Shown here: positions 12,273-25,900 of the stretch, piece after piece
How the letters are laid out: the number at the start of each line of letters is the position of its first letter
Position numbering within the stretch: the first letter of the stretch is position 1
Source: Daphnia carinata
Taxonomy: Eukaryota
Length of the DNA: 64,000 bases
NCBI RefSeq assembly: GCF_022539665.2
Contig: NC_081332.1
Span: 5,642,001-5,706,000, forward strand
Direction of reading: 5' to 3'
Notes under the pieces: model-generated
The model's input: the letters and a program-made list of their open reading frames with translations, nothing else
The model's database searches: none
Told to the model about the DNA's origin: nothing
Made by a program: the position numbers and the translations under genes

Positions 12273-15200
12273 ATGTCTGGAAGAGTCAAACGTCAAGGTG
12301 GTTCTAGTGCAGTGTTAGAGCAGGCTACTCTCTCCATAAATGAAAGAATTCTGAAAGAGTGCCACACACTGTACACAGATGCAGATAAAGGTATGTACTG
12401 CAATATATAAATGGCTGGAAAGACATAAAAGAATAAATAGTTAAGTCTGATAGACACATTTGGATTTTATGGTTTGAATAGAAAACTAATATGTAGCATC
12501 CTGGACAGTAGCGTCAGAGTAACATATAGCAAATAACTAGTTCAAAATCTAATAAAGCAACCTGGGGTTGGAATAGTAATAATTCTTGAACAACAAAGTA
12601 GTTGGGTTCTTTCTATGTGACAAGGATTTCATATCTAACTCTTGCACACAGAATGGTTCATTATACATCCTCTTAACAGAACTGAAATCAGCAAGTTGTT
12701 ATCATGTATACTACAGATGCTCTTAACCTCTAGGCAAAGGTTTTTAACGCAGGGATACGAAACGGGCATGGAAAGTCGAGGGGAGATTAGACCAACGAAA
12801 ACAAAATATCATATTTCATCACCTTATCTGTTAAATTTCATCCTCATTTATCGGGATTATGTTTCTGCATTTTAGAGAGAAAATCAAATATTCTACTTTA
12901 GGAAACAAAGTTTGGTACTTTTATAATAAAGTTATCTTTTTTCTTAGGCCTTGTACGCATTGCTGAAGAAGTCGGTTTGAATTTACTTGCTCCTCGGAAA
13001 AAAATCACCGTAATTCTTATTGGCAACCATTCTGCTGGCAAATCATCGTTTATAAACTGGTAACTATAATCTTTACGAAAGATTATAAACCATCTTTTAT
13101 ACTCTTATTTCTTTCTTCAAGGTACATCGAGGAACATGTTCAACGCACAGGAGTCGCGATTGAAACGCAAGGGTTTACCTTTGTTACGAGCGGACGCAAG
13201 CGTGAATCACTCACTGTAAAATTAATGTGTCACTACCGCCAAAGTTTAAATGATTCAAAATCCATCTTTTCTTAATTTACCAGGGCAATGCCACTCTGCA
13301 TTTATATCCGCATTTCAAACCGCTGCAAGAAATCCCTGGTAAGAATTTACAGATAAGGAAAAAGACTCGTCACTTTAAAGGTTCGAGGTAGCACGGGTTA
13401 ACGACAAACTATGTAGACGTTATCGATCGGCAGCATCAACAAGATCCAATTTATTTTGAAAAAAGCAGTGTTAGGATATCTTTTACGGAGGTTGTGGTCG
13501 GTGTGCAACCGGATCAGTGTTCTTTGGCGGTCTAAGAGGTTTCCTCTGCTATTTCGTTCCTACCGCAAACTTCCAGGACGCAGCTGTTCTGCACTGCGGT
13601 GTTATTCCCTTTTCAACTAAGCACTTCGTTTTGAACCGCCTCGGTACTTCGCTTTATTCAGTAGTCTCTCCCACCCATGCTATATCCACTACATATCCTG
13701 ACTGTTCGATAAACGGTTAGCGCAGTATCGATAGCCCGATCCAATTCCCTTATCAGCAGTAGCCAACCGCTTCCTTTTAGGAAGGGCTTCCTTGCCCTAC
13801 TCCGCCCACCCTCCTCTCCCCTTTTTTTCTTTTCACACGCTGTAGCGGTCCCCACTCCGATTCTCGCTGTACATAGAAGTACTTTATAAATGCCAGACCG
13901 CTAACCCGACTTTATTTCATTCTCTTGCCGACAGCAAAACCGTCAGCTTGGGAACATGGCTTCTATTTTTCGAGTAACTTTCCTATTCTATCCTAGTAGT
14001 TGTTTCATGTCAAAAGTTTCTGACGTTTTCTTTGAATTACCTTCGTTTTAATGCCCGTTGCAGTGGTAGCAATTGCCTATTTATTTCGTTCCTGTGTTGG
14101 GTCGGTCCTTCCCGGGGCACCTTGCCGTTAAGTAGTTGAGCACGCGAGCTGCCCAGTGAAGGGCTTTCCGAATCAGGAGAATGACCACCGTTTCGTTTGA
14201 GGCTGTTTTATTCTTGTCATTATTCTTGACACGTTATTATTTGGAAGGCTAAAGTAATGTTGTTTTTTTGTTTTTTTTTCAATTCACGTGTTTTAACAGG
14301 TGTGGTGGATTACCTCACTACCGAAATCTCTACTTCTAAGCAGAAGAAATTTAGCCTGGTGACATTTGTTGACACTCCCGGCCTGGTTGATGGTGACATG
14401 AAATATCCATTCGATGTCAACGAATCCATTCAGTGGCTTGGTAAGCTTTGCATTGATGACTTCATTTTCCTGCCTGACTAATCACTTGTTTCATTTCATA
14501 TTTTTTTTCCCAGGCGAACTAGCGGATTTAATCTTTGTTTTCTTTGACCCAATCGGCCAAGCGCTGTGCAAGCGAACGCTCAATCTCGTTGAGCAGTTGA
14601 ACATCCGTCACCCAGAACGCCTTCGGTTTTATCTTTCGAAAGCGGATGAAGCTGGAACGGAATCCGATAGGCAGAGGTTGGTTTTCTTTTCATTATTCTC
14701 TTTAATGCACTGGATAGCGTTAACAAGCTGTATCCTCTTTTTAAAATTGTTATTTATCTAATACTTATTTTTAAAAATAAAGAGTCATGATGCAGATCGT
14801 TCAGGAATTGTGTAAACGCCCTGGCCTCAACAAAACGGGTTTTGACATGCCCACAATCTATATCCCTAACCCTAACAAGGTTAAATGGTGTTTTAAATTT
14901 AAGCTCGCAGAAAAGATTCTGCTCCTTATTTCTAAGTAATGCTTTTAATCAACAGCTTGTCCGCTGCGTCAACCAAATCGAGGATGTCTGTAAAGATATT
15001 GAAAAGACTATCAACCAGACGATTCAAAATACGCTAAACACGTTGGAGAAAGATTGCGAAAAGATTGCTCAAATTGTCGATAAGCAGATTGAGGATGATA
15101 ACAATGCTAAATCGTACAATCTGAGGGCCTCTGGAAAAGGTGAGTGAGCTTAAACTGCAAATTAAAGAATCCCTTTTTTAAAATGTTTATTTGGCTTTAG

Positions 15201-15648
15201 GGATTATGTTCATGTTGTTGGGCCTCATCATACCAGTAATGCTCATCATCAATTTTATGGTTTCTAACGCATCCCGCGAGTTGCTTGTCTCTTTACTTGG
15301 AGAAAATGGTGCCGATATGCTTCGTCTCTACCTGGTAACAGTTTCGTCTTGTTTCATGGCTGAAATTCGAGATTTCATTTGTTTTTCTTCTACTAGTCGC
15401 CGATTCGTCAGTTTTGGGATCTTGTTCCTGAAGAATCTCATCTGACAACCTTAATGGTTCTCATCGGCTTGTCATTGGTGCTACTTGGATTGGCTCGTTG
15501 GTCAACCCGTCTGAAGCCGACACTTTCACGCAGTCAAAAACGGCGTTTAGCCGATCACCGTGAATTTGTACAGACGGTTGTCAAAGCTAAAAAGAAGACT
15601 CTGTATCAAGACTACCTTCAGCAAAGTGTTGCAGAGCATGATCTTTGA
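12273..15648 (+). CDS. EHD/dynamin-N-like P-loop GTPase with C-terminal transmembrane helices (uncharacterised family)
   Basis: G1 IGNHSAGKSSFINW, G2 RTGVAIET, G3 FVDTPGLVDG, G4-like LSKAD, then a coiled coil and two hydrophobic segments (GIMFMLLGLIIPVMLII; LMVLIGLSLVLLGL); TGA 15646-15648. Confidence 0.8.
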
Positions 15649-16148
15649 ATTTCATCATAGATATTATTGTTAACCATAATTGTGGTTGGACAGCTCATCA
15701 CTAGACTTTGTATTCATCGACCCTCTATGACAGTCTGTGCCTTCCAAAAAATTTTCGTGAACAAAGGCACATCTTGCATAATATGCGTCATGGTTCCCTT
15801 CACTCCTCTTTAGATCGTGCATTCCCCCGAAAATTGTTTTTCCTAAATTTTGAATGCCAATTTATCCTGTTAGTAAAAAAAAAAAAAGAATGGCCCCTTT
15901 ATTCCATCAAAACCTTGTGATGTTTAACCACCTATTTTCTTCTGGAGATTGCGATCCCTCTATATCTTGCGTGAAATACAATTTAGTTGATGCGGTGAAA
16001 AAAAAAATAGAATAATGCAAATAATTTTATATCGCGCATTTGTTGGAACGCCCAAGAAAAATGTACAACAGGTAAGTGAAACTAACTTTTTAACACATTA
16101 AAAGATATAAAAGAAAACACATGAGTTCATTTTTAAAATATTTATAGA

Positions 16149-19100
16149 TCAAGAATAAAAAGTGAGGACAGATGTGTGGTTGCCACGGACTAGGAGGAAA
16201 GGTGGCATGTTGGCTGTCAGCGTTTCCAACCAACTCATGTAAAGTGGGCCGCTAACTGTTCCTTTTTGTGGTACCGGCAGCGTCCTGGTAAGGAAATAAA
16301 GTTTAATTACTCAATTTGTTTTTGTTTTATGTTTAACTTTCAAAGCAACAACTTACATGACAATGAGATTTGCCTGAGTGGAATGCTGCAACAGCAACTC
16401 CCTCAACCTCATGAAATTGAAGGTTTTGGGCTTCTCAGCTATCAGCTCCGACTCTTTGATGACTGGTGCTGATTGTTGGTAAAGGAAAACATTAAAGCAA
16501 GTGAATCCTTTAGACATGCTGAACTTATAACTACCATTGCAATTTTGCATGCTGGACTCGTCATCTTTACGTACGAATTCGTGCGTCAGAGCGTCGAACC
16601 AGGCCTTCGTTTGCGTAGAGGGAGTCTCTGTTAAGTCGGGAATCACGACCACATCCGAAACGAGTATGCGGAATTTACTCAACAATAGTCGCATGCTGAA
16701 CGAAATCAAAGATATTTACAATTTATGTGTCTGACACGTTGTTTTATAGATAACGATCGTACCTTTCTTTCTTGTGGCTTTGCTCCTCATTGACATCTGC
16801 CAGGCAGAAAACGCGTAACTTGGAATCGGCCCAGGTAGAACGTGTTGTCAATATGTGGGGCAATAACATAGATAGTCCACCGTCATCGTAGAGCCACCAC
16901 ACATCGATGGTGCCCCGTTTTTGCCTCATACGGAAACGATAGATGCTGTTTTGCACATCAGGAGACAACTCGTTTCCTTGAGGATCCCTGAGTTTTCACA
17001 ACGTGAATTATAGTGATACTTTGAAATCAACGTAGCAACTCGTTTGTACTTACTTGAACATAACTCGTGTTTTCTTCATATGTTTTTTCTGTGCAGCGGA
17101 AATGGCATCACCAGACAAAGATATTTCATTAGGCTGTTGGGGTTTCCTATTTTCCACTGACTCGTCTGTTAGCCCAGTGTCTATGCTTCCGCTAATTACT
17201 GTAAAAAGAAAGTTACGAAACCCTGAAGACTGAGTACAGAACATTAAAATAATATTATTACCGAATGGTTTTGAAGAAAGACTGCCGTCAGGTGAATCTG
17301 CAAATGAAGGATTGTCAACGCCTTCGCCATTTGTTTTTTTGCTAGCGGAATTGTTCATGTCGTAGTCCCGAATAATTCCCTCGTAATCGAGTCCTTCTTG
17401 AACGCGAAGAATGGCCACGGCAACGTGCATTTCCAAAGCCGTACTACCGAAATAAGAAAAACAGCAACGCTTGAGTTTTAGTTAAATTAAACAATCAATA
17501 AAGGCTAGTCAACTAACTTGATGGCGACGAAATAGCTTTCAATCTCTTCGTTGTTGCTAGTACGCCACTCGCTTTGATAGCCAAGCAAAAGGATGTTGGG
17601 TCTCATTTTTCCCACTCCTGTAGCCTGTAACAAGGCTCCTACCCCGTTGGCAAACGATAAATTGTCTACCAGTGAATAAAATGCCTTTGTCTTGTGGGCT
17701 CGAAGCCAGTGCAAGGATTTTTTGATGCGATACGAACGATCCTTATGACTTTGGCGCTCCTAGACAGAATAAAAACATGAACACAATCAGAAACTTGGAA
17801 ATGGCAAAACATAAATACCTTGAGGACATCGCCACACACCATCAATGAATTGTTTTTACAGAGAAGATAGGCAAAGTCGACGAGAGAGGGCCTCATGTTG
17901 GGAAGCCCAGTCATAACAAGAATTTGTGGCGTGTAAGTCTTAGTGTGATCGTCGATATTGCAAAATTGCTGAGCATTAGTAAGTGCCGTTTTGTAAACCT
18001 GCACCTGTGTCGACGAACCCCAGTTGACGTCTGAAAAAATTAGGCGTTCTCGTGAAACAATGCCACATCAAAGAGAATAATCAGTACAAGTAAATCCATT
18101 ACCTGGTTTACGGTATCTGACTATAAAAAAGAAGGTGAACACTAAGGCACATGTCACGAGAGCTGTTGGCCAACTACACAAGAACATGGCCGCCACAGAG
18201 AGAGCAAAACCTAAGAGGCTCAACCATTTGTTGTAGTATCGAAAGGTAGGACGCCATCCGACAGGTTTGAACAGGTCGACGTGGAAGGTGGATAAATTGA
18301 CTAGTCCGTAAGACGCCAAGTAACAGTTGGTAATCAGTGGAGCAATCGTGTTCAGATTGGCTGTAGGAGGTAAGCACACGTTAATATTGCAAAAAAGTTC
18401 AGTCAAACCATTTTGAATAATACCAATGAGAACGCAGATCAAAGCTATGAGAAAGGCAAGTCCATAAGCACGAAGAGGCTCGTTATTTTTACCGTATCCT
18501 TTACCGAAGACATGCAGGTAAGGAAAAATGCGATCGTTGCATAAAGCCTGAAAGATTTTAGGAGCTGAAACGAAGCAGGCCAAAGCCGAACTGAGGGTTG
18601 CAGCAAAGCAACCGAGGTAATTGAGGGGTCCGAATGCCGATACCAAAGTCATGACTTGGTAACTGTTCTGCAGTCCCCACTCGCAATCCTCGTCAAGGCA
18701 AAGATTCATGTAGTCGCTGACGGTGTCATTTTCGGTGTAGTTTGCCGGGTTTCCGGTAGCGTCACGAAGAACCGTAGCTCCAGCAATGACGGCAAATAAA
18801 ATGTACGAGCTTGATGTCAATATAATGGCAAGTAGAGTTCCTCTAGGAATAGCTTTTGAAGGGTTCTACGTTCATCAGAATTTGAAAAAGAAGGATGTAA
18901 ATACGTTTTTAGTATACGTGCACTGGGGTTAGTTACCTTCAAATCACCCGAGATGTTTGCACCAGCCAAGATACCAGTAGCAGCAGGAAAAAAAATGGCG
19001 AAAACGGAAAAAAAGTTTTGCTGGAACCCATCAAAAACACGATAGTCGGAATAGAAGTTAGTCGTAATAATCTCAGCTAAAAAATATAAATAATTTAAAA

Positions 19101-20694
19101 TCATTTGAAATCGTTTCAGAAGTCGTCAGAAAATATCTTTACCATTATAACCCACAAAACCTTTGGATACTTCGTCAATCCCGGAAGGCCCTAAAATGCT
19201 TCCGACAATAAAATTGGCCAAGGCGAACATCAAGATCAAGAAAAATAACAATTGGGCCTGCCAGCATAGAAAATCAGAAAAATGAATATCAAACATCACA
19301 TAACAGAAGCTACAATTATCTAAGAATACGCACCTTAGCTTCCCATTCCATTCCGATGCTGACGATCATGCCTAAAACTACAAGCGTGATACACCCGATG
19401 ATCCTGATATCGTTAAGTCCTCCATCAACGATTTGAACTCCCCAATAGTCCTCGAGCATGTCAGAAAGCGCTTCACAGAAGCCAACCGTATGAAGTGCGA
19501 TACCCATTGCGTTGGCTAAAGCGAAGATGATTCCAATTGCTCCTCCAAATTCGGGACCGAGTGAACGAGATATCATGTAGTACGTTCCTCCCCCTTTGAT
19601 TTGGCCGTTCGTGCTGATGGCTGACATGGATAAGGTCGTCAAAGAAGTAACTGCTGTGGCCAGAAGAATGATTAGAATAGCTTGTCCTATTCCTGCTTCC
19701 CCGACAACCCAAGACAAGCGAAGAAAGAGCATCACACCCCAGATGTTGAGTAAACATCTGATAAGAACACCCTGAATCCAGCCGAATTTCACACCACCTG
19801 CAACCTTTTCTGGTCCATGATCCTCTTCCTGAAACAATTATCATACCACGAAACTTCAATTTTAGGACTTTTTTGATAAATATTAAACTAATAAGAAACC
19901 TGGTTACAAAGCAGCACCTTATTGGAGCTTCGTTTAATCAGAAGAGATTAAACATATCGAGTTGTGACAAGGATTTATCTCTTTTACTGTTAGGCGCGTA
20001 GAACACGAACAACAGTTTATAACAAGAAGATAGCATGTATGCTATTCTTATCGCCAATCTTTTATGGTACTCATCGATGTAAGCTTAGTTAAATCCTCCG
20101 ATAATCAAAGCTGTATCACCAGATATATAGTAACTGATTTTACCTTTGTTTCTAGATGATACTCAACGAACAAAACCCAAACTATTTTGGTGGAAAAACA
20201 ATCTCAGACATTCACTGATATAGACATAGGAATGCCTAGTCTAGCTTGTTGATAATTATGAATAGTTGTTTTCCGTGCTATAGTATTTAATGTTAATTGT
20301 CGCGCGGTTCAGGTACAGGGTGGGACAGAATATAAATTATGTAATTACCTTTAGATCGTAGGGCTCGCCAAAATATAATTCGGTAAGTGTTGCACGGGTC
20401 CCGATTTTCATAAAATGTGGATGATAATTGTCAGCTGAAGGCAATGTTTCACGCTTTAGATGATCTTGCAAGGTCTTAGTGTTCCGGATACTGTTTCGCA
20501 AGTGAGCTTTCTCTTCCAGCTGGGGCACATCGAGGAACATCGAGATTCTAACATGAAACACACGAACGTGTAGTAGTAGTACTTTTTCCCTTACGATAAT
20601 CAAACATTTGATATTACCCGTTAGATTGTTGTGGAACGCTTCCTGCGGAGTTTTCAGGTGGTTGCGTTGTTGAACACGAGTCAATGTCGTCCAT
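16149..20694 (-). CDS. SLC12A cation-chloride cotransporter, paralogue A (NKCC/NCC-like; TM3 His)
   Basis: [92 protein letters not shown]-terminal [21 protein letters not shown] inferred at 20694 with TATAAAA at 20769-20763. Confidence 0.92.
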
Positions 20695-21480
20695 TGTAGA
20701 GAAAAAGGATACCTATCCAACTAGCTGCGCTTAGCTAATGTTTTATGTTGTCACACAACGGCTTTTATATAAGCTGTGTCTCCAAGCCTTGAATGTTTGA
20801 TCAAGCACGTGATTTATGTTGTGGGTATGTATATTCAGATTATCATTTGCGAGCCCTAAAGGTAAATAATCGAATAATTGAGATACGCGAGCACATGATG
20901 CAGGATCGTCAATGTTGAGCTTTGATTCCGATTGGGAAAACTCGATGATAAATCAAATGGAAAAAAACAAAACGCATGAAACCAAAGACCATAAATGCTA
21001 TATCAAATACAAACAGATACAATTTATTTTTTCAGCTGATTTCTTTCATCGCATGTGACTATACACCTCGCATTTGAGTGAGCTGTACCTTGTTTCGTTT
21101 ACTTCGGCTATCGCAAATTAAGTGTCGAAGAGTTCTCAGGTAAGCAACATTGTGTTGTATTATCATCTTTGAACCTTCATAAAGATGCTGTTCATTTAGA
21201 GATACTGAGTACGATATGTCTTGACCCACTTACCTCGGCCTTGATAGATTGCTTTGTTTTAATAATGAAAAGAGGTCGAATCGATTAAACAGTATCAAAT
21301 CATCGGTTGGTATTTTAACGCCAATTGTTCAAATCTGCATTATGGGTTATTTGGCTAATTTCATGGAGATCCTGCACCGCCATCAAGTGAAAATCTACAA
21401 TGAATGAAGGCTCTACCAACTTAGAAATCGAATTCGAGCTCTTTGCCCCCTACAAAAAACATGCGAAATAAGACCAACTC

Positions 21481-22283
21481 TAAGCCCGATTTTTTAAGCC
21501 CGACTTTTCCAGAAAAAAATGTATCAAAAAATTATTTTAAATTCAGTAGAATCCAACCTCTTGTAACCAAATTTGAACCCTGGTTCCCAATAAAATATGT
21601 TTTTTTAGCACACATTATTTAGTTTTTGCATAAAACGCAATCAAAGTGGTTCATAGGAGTGGCCGTTTTCAAGTCGAATAACTCAAAAGCTACAAGTGTC
21701 ACATGAAAACAAAGTTAATATTCGGAATTCTCATTTAATTTTGAATTTAAAAGCTACATCTATATTTTTGAAAAAATAAATATTTCATAGACATAAGCCC
21801 GGCTTTTTAAGCTCGGCCTTGTACGCCCGACTTTTCTATTAAAAAGTTTACTTAAAAATTTACTTTAAATTTCAACTTATTATAATCAAATTTTAATTCT
21901 GATTCCGAATAAAATATTATTTTTAACGTAAATTATATAGCTTTTTTGGGAGATACTTTCAATTCAAATAACTAAAAAACTATAAGTGTGGCAGAAAAAC
22001 AAAGCCAACGTTCAGAATTCTCGTTTAATTTTGAATTTAAGTCATGTATTTTCAAAGCTATATCTATATTTTGAAAAAATAAATATTTCATAGAAATAAG
22101 CCCGACTTTTTAAGCTCGGCCTTGTACGCCCGACAATTCTATAAAAAAATTTACTTAAAAAATTACTTTAAATTTCAGCTTATTACAATCAAATTTTAAT
22201 TCTGGTTCCGAATAAAATATTATTTTCAACGTAAATTATATAGTTTTTGCATAAAACGCAATCAGAATGGTTTTTTGGGAGAT
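21481..22283. repeat. AT-rich ~300-bp tandem duplication with AAGCCCGAC motifs (non-autonomous TE relic)
   Basis: ~21680-21960 is repeated at ~21965-22270 (AAAGCTAYATCTATATTTT...GCTCGGCCTTGTACGCCCGAC at ~21750 and ~22054), with a partial copy at 21481-21650. The same AAGCCCGAC motif occurs in the TIRs at 59.3/59.65 kb. Confidence 0.75.
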
Positions 22284-22931
22284 GTTTAGTATTTTTTATC
22301 TTCTTTGTCTGACTATATTTTCACATGGGTCGTTCAGCCGGTTTCATGTTGTTATCTTTATGTCTCCTACTGAATGCGGATACGCAGTTATTATGATTTC
22401 CAGCTGGCAAAGTTCGTAAAAAACCCCATGTCGTTTACCCCGGTTATCACTGTTTACATTGCAAAGTGTTTTTCCCTTTTCGTTTTCTAACTGGACATAA
22501 TAACAAGGCGATTTGAATCAACAAAAATCTTCGCGTTTACCAAACCATAATTACTTTTAAATCTTTAAATGCAGATTTTTTTTCCACTTCAATTGCGATT
22601 AACGTGTTTCGAACTTTCACGGGATCTCAAAACACGATTTGGACAAGAGATAAGCCATTGCGGGGTATCACGATGGGGGAAATTTTTATTTCGTAACATG
22701 TGACCCAGCATTTTTGCACGCGACATGAGGTATACACAAAGCTTTGTTTTCATAACTTTCAAAAAATAACAAACAGGATCTTGGTTAAACCTTTAAAGGC
22801 TTATCGTTCCCGCAATTGCTTCCCTTACTTCTGATATACCACAACCATCATTAAAATTGGGCTAATTGTGTGGTTGCAAAACGAATACGGTATGAATGTG
22901 GCATACGACGAATATAAAAAAAAAAATAGGT

Positions 22932-25900
22932 TTAAGAATAAAAAGTGAGGACAGATGTTTGGTTGCCCCGGACGAGAAGAAACGGTGGCATGTTGGCCGT
23001 CAACATTTCTATCCAGCTCATGTAAAGCGGACCGCTAACTCTTCCTTTTGCGATATGGGCAGTGTCCTGTTAAACAATACAATCATACATTTCGTCACCA
23101 TCACTTCTGTATCAAACACAACTTACATTACTACGAGATTTGCGTCAGTTGAGTACTGCAGCAGCAATTCTCTTAGTTTCATGAAGTTAAACGTTTTGGG
23201 CTTTTGGGCAATCAGCTCCGACTCTTTGATCGTTGGCACTAATTGTACAATATAAAAAGACTCATTTAAAAAGCGAGCTCTTGTAAGACATTTTAAAATA
23301 TTTATACTCGTGGAATCTGGGATGCTTGAATCATCATCTTTGCGGACAAAATCCCTAGTCAGGGCATCGAACCAGACCTTGGTTTGGGTAGTAGGCAAAT
23401 CCGTCAAATCAGGAACGACAATGACATCCGATACGGATATACGGAATTTTCTCAATAGAAGCTCCATGCTGTTTTACCAATAGACAAACATGTGCGATTG
23501 TATCTCAGATATTGTCAGATTGGTTCGTACCTTTTCCGCTTACTGCTCTGCTCCTCAATGGCATCGGCCAAGCAGAAAACACGCAACTTGGATTTAGCCC
23601 AATTGGAACGTGTTGTCAAGATGTAGGGTAGTAACATCGATAGGCCACCGTCATCGTAGAGCCACCACACATCGATAGTGCCCCGTTTTTGCTTCATACG
23701 AAAACGACAGATGCTGTGTTGCACTTCAGAAGACAACTCGTTGCCACGGGGATCCCTTAGTTCCAGTAAAAAGTTAGACTTTAATATTCTTCTTAACGAA
23801 CCACTGTAATTGCTTAAAATACTTAAAAACAACACTAGACTTCTTCAAGTGTTTCATCTTCTTAGCAGCAACTGCGCCCTCACCGTTTTGCTTACTTTTC
23901 AGATAATCATCAGCCGAGGCTGTTGTCACTTCTCCATCGATATTGTTAATATCATCTGCAAACACACGTTTTCTTATGATGGTTGTTATTTAAAAAAAAT
24001 AACATATCTGTTTAAATCGAAATACATACCGAAGGCAGTGAATACTGAGGCAATGTTGACTTCCGGTGAATCATCAAATGCTGGATTGTCGTTTCCTTCC
24101 GTTGTTTGTTTGCCGTTATCAGGGGCCTTGACATCGAAATCCCCAATAATGCCCGTGAAATCGAGTCCTTCTTGTACGCGTAGCACTGCCACACCAATAT
24201 GCATCTCCAAAGCCGTGCTGTAGATTCATTAAAATAAGTTATTGAAATCCCCTTTTCACAAAAATATTAAGAACTGACTTGACGGCTGCACAATAGTCGT
24301 CTATTTCACTATTTTTACTGGTGCGCCATTCGCTTTGATAGCCGAGCAAGAGGATGTTCGGTTTCAATTTTCCGACTCCAGTAGCTTGTAATAAAGCTCT
24401 TACTCCGACTGGGAATGAAAAGCTGTCCACCACTGAATAGAAGGCTTTGGTTTTATGAGCACGAAGCCATCGCAATGATTTCTTAGTCCGTTCTGAACGT
24501 TGGCTGTGACTCAGCCGCTCCTAAAGAAGACAGTCTTACGATTATGCAATCTGCTTGCTATAGATGTTATGGAAAAATATAAAACACCTGAACGATGTCA
24601 CCGCACACCATAAGCGAACTGTTTTTGCAGAATAGTTTGGCAAAATCGACGAGGGAAGGTCGCATGTTTGGTGGTCCCGTCATGACAAGAATTTGTGGCG
24701 TGTATGTCTTGATGTGTTCGTCGGTGTTGCTGTACTGTTGCACATTGCTTAACGCTGCCTTGTAAATTTGCACCTGTGTCGACGAGCCCCAGTTGACATC
24801 TGGAACATTAAAAGACGCGTTACTTATCAGATCCGCAGACTACATGGCTGAATTCACTAACCTGGTTTCCGATATTTAACTACGAGGAAGAATGTGAAGA
24901 CTAACGCGGACGTCACGAGAGCTGTGGGCCAACTGCACAAGAACATGGCAGCTAAGGAGAGAGCAAAACCTAAAAGGCTCAACCATTTGTTGTAGTAGCG
25001 AAAGGTAGGACGCCATCCAACAGGTTTGAACAGGTCGACGTGGAAGGTGGATAAATTGACTAGTCCGTAAGACGCCAAGTAACAGTTGGTAATCAGTGGA
25101 GCGATCGTGTTCAGATCGGCTGTACGAAGCAAGCGCACGTTAGATATTGAAAAATAGTTTAGTCAAAACATTTTGAATAATACCAATGAGAATGCAGGCC
25201 AAAGCGATGAGAAAGGCAAGAGCATAAGCACGAAGAGGCTCGTTATTTTTGCCATATCCTTTACCGAAGACGTGCAGGTAAGGAAAAATGCGATCATTGC
25301 ATAAGGCCTGAAAGATTTTAGGAGCAGAAACGAAGCAGGCCAGAGCCGAACTGAGGGTTGCAGCAAAGCAACCGGCGTAATTGAGCGGGCCGAATGCCGA
25401 TACCAAAGTCATGACTTGGTAACTGTTCTGCAATCCCCACTCGCATTCCTGGCCGAGGCAGACTGCCATGTAATCACTTACTGTTCCATTATCGGTGTAA
25501 TTAGCCGGGTCTCCCGTAGCGTCCCGCATAACGGTAACGCCCGCAATAATGGCAAACAAGATGTACGAAAACGATGTGATGACGATGGCCAGCAAAGTGC
25601 CGATAGGAATAGCTCTCGAAGGATTCTGTGGTTGAGAAAGATGAAGTAAATAACGCATTCTTTTATTCTTAGCTATAGTTACCTTCAAATCACCCGAGAT
25701 GTTTGCGCCAGCTAAAATGCCAGTTGCAGCTGGGAAAAAGATTGCGAAAACGGAGAAGAAATTCTGTTGCAATCCGTTTGAGACGCGATAATCGGAATAA
25801 AAATTAGTCGTCGCTAATTCCACTAAAATAAAGCAAAGCGAGTTAAAGACATTAACCTCTTGTAATATCAAGTACTACGTACGTTCGTAACCGACGAAGC

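Noticed and set aside
13880..13915. CTAACCC as a telomerase template, or GGGAAGGACC (minus strand) as RNase P CR-I
   Set aside because: It does not give the >1 repeat of the arthropod TTAGG template; the canonical GAAGGUCUGAG / UUCAGAC P4 strands and the MRP GAAAGUCCCC are absent.
21481..22283. CRISPR-like spaced AAGCCCGAC repeats
   Set aside because: Eukaryotic context, spacers are duplicated rather than unique, and there are no cas genes; it is a tandem-duplicated TE relic.
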